A DNA stretch of 39,567 bases from Candidatus Fervidifonticultor sextus (GCA_031459875.1 JAVKHQ010000025.1:1-39567), one strand, 5' to 3'. Numbered from the stretch's first letter, positions 28,975 through 38,693 are shown. The notes: generated by a model not told the origin, from the letters alone. Numbers and translations are program-made.

Positions 28975-29144
28975 AGAGGGGCGCGAGCCTAACGGCGAAG
29001 TAGCCGAGTCAAACGCCGCGCACGTGGACGCCGAGAGTTTGCTAAGTGTACTTCGGGGGTAACTCCGGAGAACGGCTGGCGGACGGTAGGCACCGGCGGT
29101 GCGGCCGAAGACGGTGAAAAGCCGGAGGAAGCCAGCGCCCCTCT
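28975..29144 (+). ncRNA. Putative ~170-nt rod-shaped ncRNA (6S RNA-like candidate, family not confirmed)
   Basis: Perfect 10-bp closing stem AGAGGGGCGC/GCGCCCCTCT, nested symmetric helices with G-U pairs, apical GUAA (GNRA) loop, own promoter, no ORF. Confidence 0.7.
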
Positions 29145-29190
29145 TCGCTGCTCCCTGAACCCCTGCGGGCCACCCTGGATCGAAGACGCG

Positions 29191-29571
29191 TCAGTGGCCG
29201 AGCGCGATCGCCTGGGCGACGGCGTGCTCGTGGGTGTGGGACAGCGCCACCATCACGGTGACGATGCCCCGTTGCTGGGCGATGCGCCGGGCCGCGCCGT
29301 GCAGGCGGACGGTGGGCCGGCCGGCGGGATCGTTGGCAATCTCGATCTCACGCCAGGCCAGCGCCCGCCAGCCCACGCCGAGCGCCTTCATGACCGCCTC
29401 CTTGGCCGCAAACCGGGCCGCCAGCCGCGGGCCGGACGGGGCCGCCGACGCCGACCGTTCGATCTCGCCAGGCGTGTAGATCCGGCGGACGAAGGCCTCA
29501 CCCCACCGGGCCACCGCGCGCTCGATCCGCTCTACCTCGACCATGTCCACGCCCACGCCGAGCACCGTCAT
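29191..29571 (-). CDS. acpS: Holo-ACP synthase
   Basis: GVGVDMVE, LAARFAAKEAVMKALG, GRP, LSHT. Confidence 0.96.
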   Translation of the reverse strand: MTVLGVGVDMVEVERIERAVARWGEAFVRRIYTPGEIERSASAAPSGPRLAARFAAKEAVMKALGVGWRALAWREIEIANDPAGRPTVRLHGAARRIAQQRGIVTVMVALSHTHEHAVAQAIALGH

Positions 29572-29732
29572 GCCGGCCACTCGGCCTCCTCGATGAGCAT
29601 GATCGGAATGCCGTCGCGGATCGGGTACCGGCGGCCGCACTGCGTGCAGATGATCCGGTCGCCCTGCCGCACCACCGGCGCGTGGTCGGCCGGACAGGCC
29701 AGGATCTTCAGGAACTCCTCATCGATGTCCAC
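29568..29732 (-). CDS. Trm112/YcaR-like small zinc-binding protein
   Basis: ILACP...CTQCGRRYPIRDGIPIML; SD GGGAGG before GTG 29732. Confidence 0.92.
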   Translation of the reverse strand: MDIDEEFLKILACPADHAPVVRQGDRIICTQCGRRYPIRDGIPIMLIEEAEWPA

Positions 29733-29800
29733 TTCAAGCCTCCCAGCGTGCCTCCGGGTCACCGCTTCGCCTCCGACCGGACCGGTCCCTACCGTCGAGG

Positions 29801-31648
<1,848 letters not shown>

Positions 31649-31749
31649 GCGAAACCTCCATGAGGGGACGCGCGTCGCGCAGCGCGCACGCGGAAGCCTC
31701 CCCGGGATTCCTTTCCCTGTCAGCGGACCTGACAGACTTGCCGTGGGAT

Positions 31750-31923
31750 CCCTGACCGCCTTTTGGCCCGGAGTCGCCTCCGGGGTTTGTGGGCGGCCTT
31801 CACCTCAGCGCGCGGTGGTCTGGCTGAGGCTGTGCAGGCCCGGGCCGGGCCTAGGGTCACCCGCCGAACACTTCGAGATCCCCTCCCTCGTCAACCCGAC
31901 ATCGACGCCGGGTCCGGGCGCTT
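31750..31923 (-). ncRNA. glmS ribozyme (GlcN6P-activated riboswitch)
   Basis: A^GCGCCCGGAC-P1-GUUGACGAGG-GGGG-UCGAAG-UUCGGCGGGUGACCC core, then ACAAA-CCCGGAG-GCGA-CUCCGGG-CAAAA P4; directly upstream of glmS. Cleavage predicted between 31922 and 31921. Confidence 0.95.
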
Positions 31924-32078
31924 GGGGCACACCGACGAACCGTCTCACCTCCTCGCGTGCTGTCGTGTCGGACGGTGGCCTCTTCGAGGCTCCCTCCCCC
32001 GTTCCCTGTCACATGGAAGACGCCCGTGACCTGGTAGAAGCGCTCGCCGGAGATCGTCTGCCGGCATGGGCGTGGCGG

Positions 32079-32837
32079 CTACCGACGCCGCAGGCGCTCC
32101 CACAGCGCCAGAAGGAACAGCGGCGGGATCGTGCGGACCACGCCCCACCGCCTGGGCTCGCGCAGCGCCCGGTAGAGCCACTCCAGTCCGGCCTGCTGCA
32201 TCCAGCGGGGCGCGCGGGGGATGCGGCCGGCCAGCACGTCGAAGGAGCCGCCGACGCCGATCGAGACCGGCACGCCGAGTTCGGCGTGCCACCGGCGCAT
32301 CCAGCGCTCCTGCCGGGGCGCCCCCAGCGCCACCAGGAGGATGTCGGGCCGAACCTGGCGGATGCGCGCCCCGATGGCGGCCTCGTCCTCAGGATCGTAG
32401 AAGCCGTCGTGCGTGCCGACCACCTGCAGGGACGGGTGGATCCGGCGCAGCGCGTCGGCGGTGGCGTCGGCGACGCCGGGACGGCCCCCGAAGAGAAACA
32501 CCCGGTAGCCCGCTGCGGCCGCGACCTCGCACAGCGCCACGGTCAGATCGATCCCGGCCACCCGCTCCCGCAGGTCCACGCCGAGGATCCTCGCCGCCAG
32601 GATCACGGCGATCCCGTCCGCGGTCACCAGACCGGCATCGTTCACCACCGCGCGAAGCTCAGGGTCGCGGGCTGCCTGGACCAGCAGCGCGCCGTTCAGC
32701 GTCACGACGTAGGCCGGCGTCCGGGCGGCGACGCGGGCGCGGATCCACGCCAGGGCGCCCTCCATCCCCAGGGCGTGGACCTGCGTGCCGAACAGTTCAC
32801 GCCTGAGGGGCCCCTCCGTCGCGGTCGCGAGGCTCAT
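32079..32837 (-). CDS. WecG/TagA/CpsF family glycosyltransferase (GT26)
   Basis: VVTLN, TADG, ERVAGIDL, HDGF, VALGAPRQE, GVGGSFDV, RAP, GLEWLYR, EPRRW. Confidence 0.94.
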   Translation of the reverse strand: MSLATATEGPLRRELFGTQVHALGMEGALAWIRARVAARTPAYVVTLNGALLVQAARDPELRAVVNDAGLVTADGIAVILAARILGVDLRERVAGIDLTVALCEVAAAAGYRVFLFGGRPGVADATADALRRIHPSLQVVGTHDGFYDPEDEAAIGARIRQVRPDILLVALGAPRQERWMRRWHAELGVPVSIGVGGSFDVLAGRIPRAPRWMQQAGLEWLYRALREPRRWGVVRTIPPLFLLALWERLRRR

Positions 32838-34171
32838 CGGGGCGGCTCCGCGCGCCGCGCGATGACCGCCGCCACCTCCTCGGCCACGGCCTGGGCCTCG
32901 TCCAGCGACTCCGCTTCCACCATCACGCGGATCAGGGGCTCGGTGCCGGACGGCCTCACCAGGATCCGGCCCCGCGAGGCCAGCCGGCTCCCGGCCGCGG
33001 ACACCGCCCGGGCCACCTCCGGGGCCTCCATCACGCCCTGGCGGTCCCGCACCCGGACGTTGCGCAACACCTGGGGGAACCGCGGGATGGCGGCGCTGAG
33101 CTCTGAGAGCCGCCGGCCGCTGCGCAGCATCACGTTGACGATCTCGATGGCCGTCACCAGGCCGTCGCCGGTGGTCGCGCGGTCGAGGAAGATCAGATGC
33201 CCGCTCTGCTCGCCGCCGAGGCAAGCGCCGAGGGCGCGCATGCGCTCCAGCACGTAGCGGTCGCCGACCCGCGTGCGCTCCAGCCGGATGCCGGCCCGGG
33301 TCAGCGTCTGCTCGAATCCCAGGTTGCTCATGACGGTCGCCACCACGATCCCCCCGGCCAGCGCCCCGCGGCGGTGGCGGTCCAGCGCGCAGATGGCCAG
33401 CAGCGCATCGCCGTCGACGGTCCCCCCGCGCTCGTCGACGGCCAGCACGCGGTCGGCGTCGCCGTCGTGGGCGAAGCCCAGGTCGGCACCACTGGCCAGC
33501 ACGGCGCGGCGCAACGGCTCCAGATGCGTGGAGCCGCACGCCACGTTGATCCGCGCGCCGTCGGGCTCATCGTGGAGGGGCAGCACCGTCGCCCCCAGCG
33601 CCGCCCACAGGCGGGGCGCCAGGCGGAAGGCAGCGCCGAAGGCGCAGTCCACCACGATCCTGGTGCCGTCCAGCCGTCCCAGCGCCAGGCCCGTCAGGTA
33701 CTCGAGATAGCGATCCTCGCCCTCCGGGACGGTCCGGATGGTGCCGATGGCGGTGCCGGTGGGCCGGGGGAGGTCGTCGCGGTCCAGCAGGGCTTCGATG
33801 GCCTCTTCGCGGCTGTCCGGGAGCTTGAAGCCGTCGCCGCCGAAGAACTTGATCCCGTTGTCCTCCACGGGATTGTGCGAAGCCGAGATGACCACCCCGC
33901 AGGCCGCGTCCCGCCGACGCGCCAGGTAGGCGACCGCGGGCGTCGGGAGGATCCCGCCGAGTTCGACGGCGGAGCCGGTGGAACTGATCCCCGCGGCGAG
34001 CGCTGCCTCCAGCATCGGGCCGGAGAGCCGGGTATCGCGGCCTACAAAAAACGGCCCGCCCAGTCCCCCGAGCGCCGTGCCCGCGGCACGGCCCAGGCGG
34101 AAGGCCAGTTCGGGCGTGAGGTCGGCGTTGGCCACGCCGCGGACGCCGTCGGTGCCGAAGTAGCGTCCCAC
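32834..34171 (-). CDS. glmM: Phosphoglucosamine mutase
   Basis: YFGTDGVRG, ISASHNP, HDGDADR, TVMSN, GGEQSGH, RPSGTEP. Confidence 0.98.
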   Translation of the reverse strand: MGRYFGTDGVRGVANADLTPELAFRLGRAAGTALGGLGGPFFVGRDTRLSGPMLEAALAAGISSTGSAVELGGILPTPAVAYLARRRDAACGVVISASHNPVEDNGIKFFGGDGFKLPDSREEAIEALLDRDDLPRPTGTAIGTIRTVPEGEDRYLEYLTGLALGRLDGTRIVVDCAFGAAFRLAPRLWAALGATVLPLHDEPDGARINVACGSTHLEPLRRAVLASGADLGFAHDGDADRVLAVDERGGTVDGDALLAICALDRHRRGALAGGIVVATVMSNLGFEQTLTRAGIRLERTRVGDRYVLERMRALGACLGGEQSGHLIFLDRATTGDGLVTAIEIVNVMLRSGRRLSELSAAIPRFPQVLRNVRVRDRQGVMEAPEVARAVSAAGSRLASRGRILVRPSGTEPLIRVMVEAESLDEAQAVAEEVAAVIARRAEPPR

Positions 34172-34183
34172 CGCCGCCCGCTC

Positions 34184-34570
34184 CTACGGCGCCGGCCGCG
34201 ACAGCGTCACGGCGACCGCAGGCGGCGTGGCCTGGACCGCCGTGACACCGGCGGGCACCTGGATCCTCAGCGTGACCCGGTGGCGCCCGGCTTCCAGGGC
34301 CGAGAGATCGGCGATGGCGCGCACGTCCTCCGGTCGAATCGCCAGGATGGCCGAGGCGGGCCAGCGCATCTCGATGTCCACGGCCGGCGGATCTGCGGCG
34401 GCCCTCCACCCCTCGGGCAGGCCGGTGAAGGACACCTGCACGCTGTGGAGCCGCATGGTCGCTGCGGCGGCGTCCTGCGGCGCCGGCCGGACGACGGCCA
34501 CCACGTAGTACCACATGGTCACCGCGATGAGCGCCGAGAGGAATAGCAGCCGCGGGCGTTCGGAGACCAT
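34184..34570 (-). CDS. cdaR: CdaR/YbbR-like regulator (single TM plus one short domain)
   Basis: SALIAVTMWYYV TM and a YbbR-like DVRAIADLS.LEAG.H.V segment; lies between cdaA and glmM. Confidence 0.75.
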   Translation of the reverse strand: MVSERPRLLFLSALIAVTMWYYVVAVVRPAPQDAAAATMRLHSVQVSFTGLPEGWRAAADPPAVDIEMRWPASAILAIRPEDVRAIADLSALEAGRHRVTLRIQVPAGVTAVQATPPAVAVTLSRPAP

Positions 34571-34579
34571 GCCGGGGCT

Positions 34580-35392
34580 CTAGCCTCGCGGGGCGGGTTC
34601 GGTGCGCCGCCACGGCCACAGCGATGCACCCCGCGCGCCGCCCTGGGTGAACAGGTCGAGCAGCGCGACCTTCAGTTCCTCCTCAGAGAGGCCGCGGACG
34701 AGGTGGCCGTCGCGGGCGATGGAGATCCCCCCGGTCTCCTCGGAGACGACGACCGCGACCGCGTCGGAAACCTCGCTGACCCCCACCGCCGCCCGGTGCC
34801 GCGTTCCCAGCGTGCGCGAGAGGCGCGGGTTCTCGCTGAGCGGCAGGATGCAGCGGGCTGCCATGATGCGGTTGCCGCGGATGACCACGGCGCCGTCGTG
34901 CAGGGGGGTCTCGGGGAAGAACGTGGTGATCAGGAGCTGGACGGTGGCCAGCGCGTCCATCCTGATCCCCGACTCAATGATGTCGTTGAGCCCCGTCCGC
35001 CGCTCCAGCACCATCAGCGCGCCGGCGCGGCGCCCCGACAGGATCCGGCAGGCACGCGCCACGTCGTTCACCATCCGGATCGTCTCCTCGCGGCCCAGCC
35101 CGCCCGCAAACCCCGAGACGAACGCGCCGCCGCGGCCCAGTTGTTCCAGCATGCGACGCAGTTCGGGCTGGAAGATCACCAGCAGCGCGATGGGGATGAC
35201 CACGCCCAGGTAGGACAGGACCCACTGGAGGGTGTTCAACCCGAGCACGCGGCTGGCGGTGTACACGCCGAAGAGCACCGCCAGCCCCATCGCCAGTTGG
35301 ACGGCCCGCGTGCCGCGCAGCAGCAGGAGGACCTGATAGATCAGGGCCGTCACGAGCGCGATGTCGAGCAGGTCCAGGGGCCGAATGGGCAT
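34580..35392 (-). CDS. cdaA: Diadenylate cyclase CdaA
   Basis: N-terminal TM segments, IFQPELRR, PLHDGA, GTRHRAA, VSEETG. Confidence 0.96.
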   Translation of the reverse strand: MPIRPLDLLDIALVTALIYQVLLLLRGTRAVQLAMGLAVLFGVYTASRVLGLNTLQWVLSYLGVVIPIALLVIFQPELRRMLEQLGRGGAFVSGFAGGLGREETIRMVNDVARACRILSGRRAGALMVLERRTGLNDIIESGIRMDALATVQLLITTFFPETPLHDGAVVIRGNRIMAARCILPLSENPRLSRTLGTRHRAAVGVSEVSDAVAVVVSEETGGISIARDGHLVRGLSEEELKVALLDLFTQGGARGASLWPWRRTEPAPRG

Positions 35393-35417
35393 CGGGCGTT
35401 CCGCCGGGGTCCGCTGT

Positions 35418-36344
35418 CTATAGGATCATCGCCAGCAGCGCCTTCTGGGCATGCAGGCGGTTCTCAGCCTGATCGTAGACGATGGACTGCGGACCGTCGA
35501 GGACGTCGTCGGTGATCTCCTCGCCCCGGTGGGCCGGCAGGCAGTGCATGACCACGGCGGTGGGCCGCGCCCGGGCCAGCAGCATGGCGTTCACCTGGTA
35601 GGGGCGGAAGACGCGCGCCCGTTCCTCCCGCTGGGCCTCCTGGCCCATGCTGGCCCACACATCCGTGTAGACGACGTTGGCGCCCTCCACCCCCCTGACG
35701 GGGTCGGTGACCAGAGTGATGGTGGCCCCGGTCGCGGCGGCGATGGCCCGGGCCCGCTGGACGATCGCCTCCGAGGGCGCGTAGCCCGGCGGGGTCGCCA
35801 CGGTCATGGTCATCCCCAGCTTGGCCGCGCCCAGCAGCAGCGAGTGGCACACGTTGTTGCCGTCGCCGACCCAGGCGATCCGGACATCCTGGAGGCGCGG
35901 GAACCGCTCCGCCACCGTCAGCAGGTCGCCCAGGGCCTGGCAGGGGTGCTCCAGGTCGGAGAGGCCGTTGACGACCGGGCAGCGGGCCGCTTCAGCCAGC
36001 CCGGTCACGGTGGCGTGCGCGAAGGTGCGGGCCATGATCCCGTCGGCCATCCGTTCCAGGTTGCGGGCGGCATCGGCGACGGACTCGCGGACGCCGAGCT
36101 GGATGTCCTGCGGCCCCAGGTAGATGGCCATCCCGCCCAGCTGGAACATCCCGACCTCGAAGCTCACCCGGGTCCGCAGCGATGGCTTCTCGAAGACCAT
36201 CGCCAGGGTCTTGCCCGCCAGCAGGGGCGGCCGGTCGCCGGCGGCCGAGCGGGCCTTGAGGTGGCGGGCGAACTCGATCAGCCCGGCAAACTCCTCAGGG
36301 GTCAGGTCGTCTACCGAGAGGTAGTCGCGTCCGCGCAGGGTCAT
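35418..36344 (-). CDS. argF: Ornithine carbamoyltransferase (ArgF/ArcB)
   Basis: FEKPSLRTR, HPCQ, GDGNNV, DVWASMG, HCLPAHRG, QAENRLH. Confidence 0.95.
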   Translation of the reverse strand: MTLRGRDYLSVDDLTPEEFAGLIEFARHLKARSAAGDRPPLLAGKTLAMVFEKPSLRTRVSFEVGMFQLGGMAIYLGPQDIQLGVRESVADAARNLERMADGIMARTFAHATVTGLAEAARCPVVNGLSDLEHPCQALGDLLTVAERFPRLQDVRIAWVGDGNNVCHSLLLGAAKLGMTMTVATPPGYAPSEAIVQRARAIAAATGATITLVTDPVRGVEGANVVYTDVWASMGQEAQREERARVFRPYQVNAMLLARARPTAVVMHCLPAHRGEEITDDVLDGPQSIVYDQAENRLHAQKALLAMIL

Positions 36345-37684
36345 GGTCGCTCCTTCGTCTGTATGGTCTGTGCCCAGGTCGTCAGGATCTCGCGCAGGGT
36401 CGGTGCCGTCCGGTCTTCGACCTCGTAACTCACGCGTACGACGGGCACCCGCAGCGACAGCAGCCGTCCCAGGTCCGCCGGGGTGCCGGTTACGACGACG
36501 TCGGCCTCCGCCCGGTTGACAGTCGCCTCCAGGTCCCGCAGCTGCGCCTCCCCGTACCCCATGGCCGGCAGCACCGCGCCCAGATGGGGATACTGTTCGA
36601 GAACCTCCCGCAGGGCTCCCACGGCGAACGGCCTGGCGTCGACGACCTCGGCCCCGTAGCGCCGGGCGGCCAGGAACCCCGCCCCGTAGGCCATCCCTCC
36701 GTGGGTCACCGTCGGGCCGTCCTCGATGACGACGGCCCGCCTGCCCCTCAGCCGTTCCGGGACGTCCACGACGGGCGGCATGGCGACCTCCACCACCGTG
36801 GCGCCGGGATTGACCCGGCGGATCGTCGCCCGGACGGCGTCCACCGCCCCGGGCGGGGCGGTGTCCACCTTGCTGATGACCGCCACGTGGGCCATGCGCA
36901 GGTTCGCCTCCCCAGGATGGTAGCGCACTTCATCCCCCGCGCGGTGCGGATCGACCAGGACCAGGTGCAGGTCGGGCCAGACAAACGGGAAGTCGTTGTT
37001 CCCGCCGTCCCAGATCAAGATGTCGGCGTCGGACTGTGCCGCCCCGATGACCTCGGCGTAGTCCACACCCGCGTAGACCGGCGTGCCCCGGGCCAGGTGC
37101 GGCTCGTACTCTTCGCGCTCCTCCAGGGTGACCTGGTAGCGGTCGAGGTCGGCGGAACCGGCGAAGCGCTGGACCCGCTGGCGCGCCAGGTCGCCGTAGG
37201 CCATCGGGTGGCGGACGACCGCGATCCGCAGGCCCAGGGCGTGCAGGTGGCGGGCCACGTAGCGGGTGGTCGGGCTCTTGCCGGCGCCGGTGCGCACGGC
37301 GCAGACGGCCACGACCGGGATCTGCGCGCGCAGCATGGTCTCGCGCGGCCCCAGCAGCCGGAATCCGGCGCCGGCGGCCAGCGCGGCAGAGCCCAGGTGC
37401 ATGACGTGCTCGTGGGAGACGTCGCTGTAGGCGAAGACGACCTGGTCGACCGCCTCGCGGCGGACCAGGTCGGCCAGATCGGCCTCGTCCACGATGGGGA
37501 TGCCGTCGGGGTAGAGCGGGCCGGCCAGGTCCGGCGGGTAGTGCCGGCCGGCGATGTGGGGGATCTGGGTGGCGGTGAAGGCCACCACCCGGAAGTCGGC
37601 ACGGGGGCGGAAATACGTGTTGAAGACGTGGAAATCCCGGCCGCCGGCGCCCAGGATCACCACGCGCGTGGGGGGAGTCACCAC
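36341..37684 (-). CDS. P-loop protein of the cDPG synthetase-like / arginine synthetase (ArcE) family
   Basis: GAGGRDFH, AFTATQIP, AVRTGAGKS (P-loop), RHPM, EEREEYEPH, WDGGNND, EDGPT.THG, LPAMGY; 4-bp overlap with the OTC gene. Confidence 0.8.
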   Translation of the reverse strand: MVTPPTRVVILGAGGRDFHVFNTYFRPRADFRVVAFTATQIPHIAGRHYPPDLAGPLYPDGIPIVDEADLADLVRREAVDQVVFAYSDVSHEHVMHLGSAALAAGAGFRLLGPRETMLRAQIPVVAVCAVRTGAGKSPTTRYVARHLHALGLRIAVVRHPMAYGDLARQRVQRFAGSADLDRYQVTLEEREEYEPHLARGTPVYAGVDYAEVIGAAQSDADILIWDGGNNDFPFVWPDLHLVLVDPHRAGDEVRYHPGEANLRMAHVAVISKVDTAPPGAVDAVRATIRRVNPGATVVEVAMPPVVDVPERLRGRRAVVIEDGPTVTHGGMAYGAGFLAARRYGAEVVDARPFAVGALREVLEQYPHLGAVLPAMGYGEAQLRDLEATVNRAEADVVVTGTPADLGRLLSLRVPVVRVSYEVEDRTAPTLREILTTWAQTIQTKERP

Positions 37685-37841
37685 ACCACCTGCAGGCCGG
37701 GGACCGCGGCGAGGGCGGCGTCCCGGGAAATCAACCGGGAGCCGCTCGCCCGGGCGGTGGCGGCAATGACGAAGATTCGCCGGGCCCGCTGGCTCGCCTT
37801 CTTCTGCGAGGGACGGGGAGCCCCAGTCAGCCCGCGCCGGG

Positions 37842-38504
37842 TCACACCAGCCGACCGTACGAGAACACCAGTCTCAAGCCTGCCTCGCGAATCTTTTCCC
37901 GCACTTCCGGCCGGGCCCGGTAGCAGAAGCAGACGCCGAATACCTCGCCCTGCAGGTGCCCCCGCGCCCGCTCGACCTGAGCGACGAACTTCTCGACCTG
38001 TCGCAACGTGAGGTTGTGCTTGGCTTCCCCCACGATCCAGATCACCTGTCCCGGCCGCGAAGGGTCCCTCGCCTGCCCAAAGACGTTGACCTCCTCGGCC
38101 TCTCCATCCCACATCTGCCAGGAGCGCTCCAGCACGCCGACCTCCCACCCGAGCTCGCGCTGCAGGACGTCGTGGAGGACGATGTAGGCGATGTCCTCGA
38201 TGTCGCCCCCGACCGTCTCGCTCAGGCCTCCGACCTGCCGGGTCAACCGCTCGAGCGCCTCCTCCGTTCGGGCCTGGGCCTCCGCCAGACGGGCCAGCGC
38301 GGCCTCGACCCGGTCCATCCGGTCTTCCAGGCGACCCACCCGCTCCTCCGTTCGGGCCTGGGCTTCCGCCAGTCGGGCCAGCGCCGCTTCGACCCTGTCC
38401 GTCCGCTCGGCGAGCACGGAGAGGGCATGCTCTGTGCGCGCCTGCGCTTCGGCCAGGCGAATCAGAGCCTGCTCCAGACGGTCAACACGCTGTTCTTGGA
38501 CCAA
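37842..38504 (-). CDS. Coiled-coil repeat protein with C-terminal PD-(D/E)XK-like domain
   Basis: SD GGGAGG and TTG start; three 28-aa repeats; then helix, EEVNVFG and IVGEAKH, a restriction-endonuclease-like pattern. Confidence 0.8.
   Translation of the reverse strand: MVQEQRVDRLEQALIRLAEAQARTEHALSVLAERTDRVEAALARLAEAQARTEERVGRLEDRMDRVEAALARLAEAQARTEEALERLTRQVGGLSETVGGDIEDIAYIVLHDVLQRELGWEVGVLERSWQMWDGEAEEVNVFGQARDPSRPGQVIWIVGEAKHNLTLRQVEKFVAQVERARGHLQGEVFGVCFCYRARPEVREKIREAGLRLVFSYGRLV
38256..38483 (-). repeat. Three degenerate 84-bp tandem coding repeats
   Basis: Core DR(V/L)E(A/Q)AL(A/I)RLAEAQARTE recurs every 28 codons. The DNA at 38256-38316 and 38341-38400 is closely similar. Confidence 0.9.
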
Positions 38505-38524
38505 GGCGCCGACCTCCCGGGCCG

Positions 38525-38553
38525 ATCATATCCCGGCAGTGACTTGGGATCAA
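38525..38553 (-). promoter_or_regulatory. Sigma70-type promoter for the coiled-coil gene
   Basis: TTGATC (38553-38548)-17 bp-TATGAT (38530-38525), just upstream of the SD. Confidence 0.7.
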
Positions 38554-38693
38554 CAACGCGCCAACGCACAGCCCCATGCCGGCCCTCCATCCAGATAATG
38601 ATCGGCCGGATCTGCGGACTTGTGGGAGGGAACACGCCCACACCACAAGCCGCCAGCGCAGAAGTGCCGCCGAGGGACAGGAGCGAGGGGTGT

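Noticed and set aside
28975..29144. Lysine or cobalamin riboswitch, SRP RNA, RNase P or group II intron identity for the intergenic RNA
   Set aside because: Only short words match (AGAGG, GCCGAAG, CGGUGAAAA, GGAGGAAGC). The full consensus architectures are absent and there is no downstream gene on the same strand.
31945..32067. Small ORF (MPADDLRR...) upstream of the glmS ribozyme
   Set aside because: No clear SD, low-complexity Arg-rich product and no recognisable homology.
38256..38483. CRISPR array
   Set aside because: The repeats are degenerate, in-frame 84-bp coding units with synonymous variation, and there are no cas genes.
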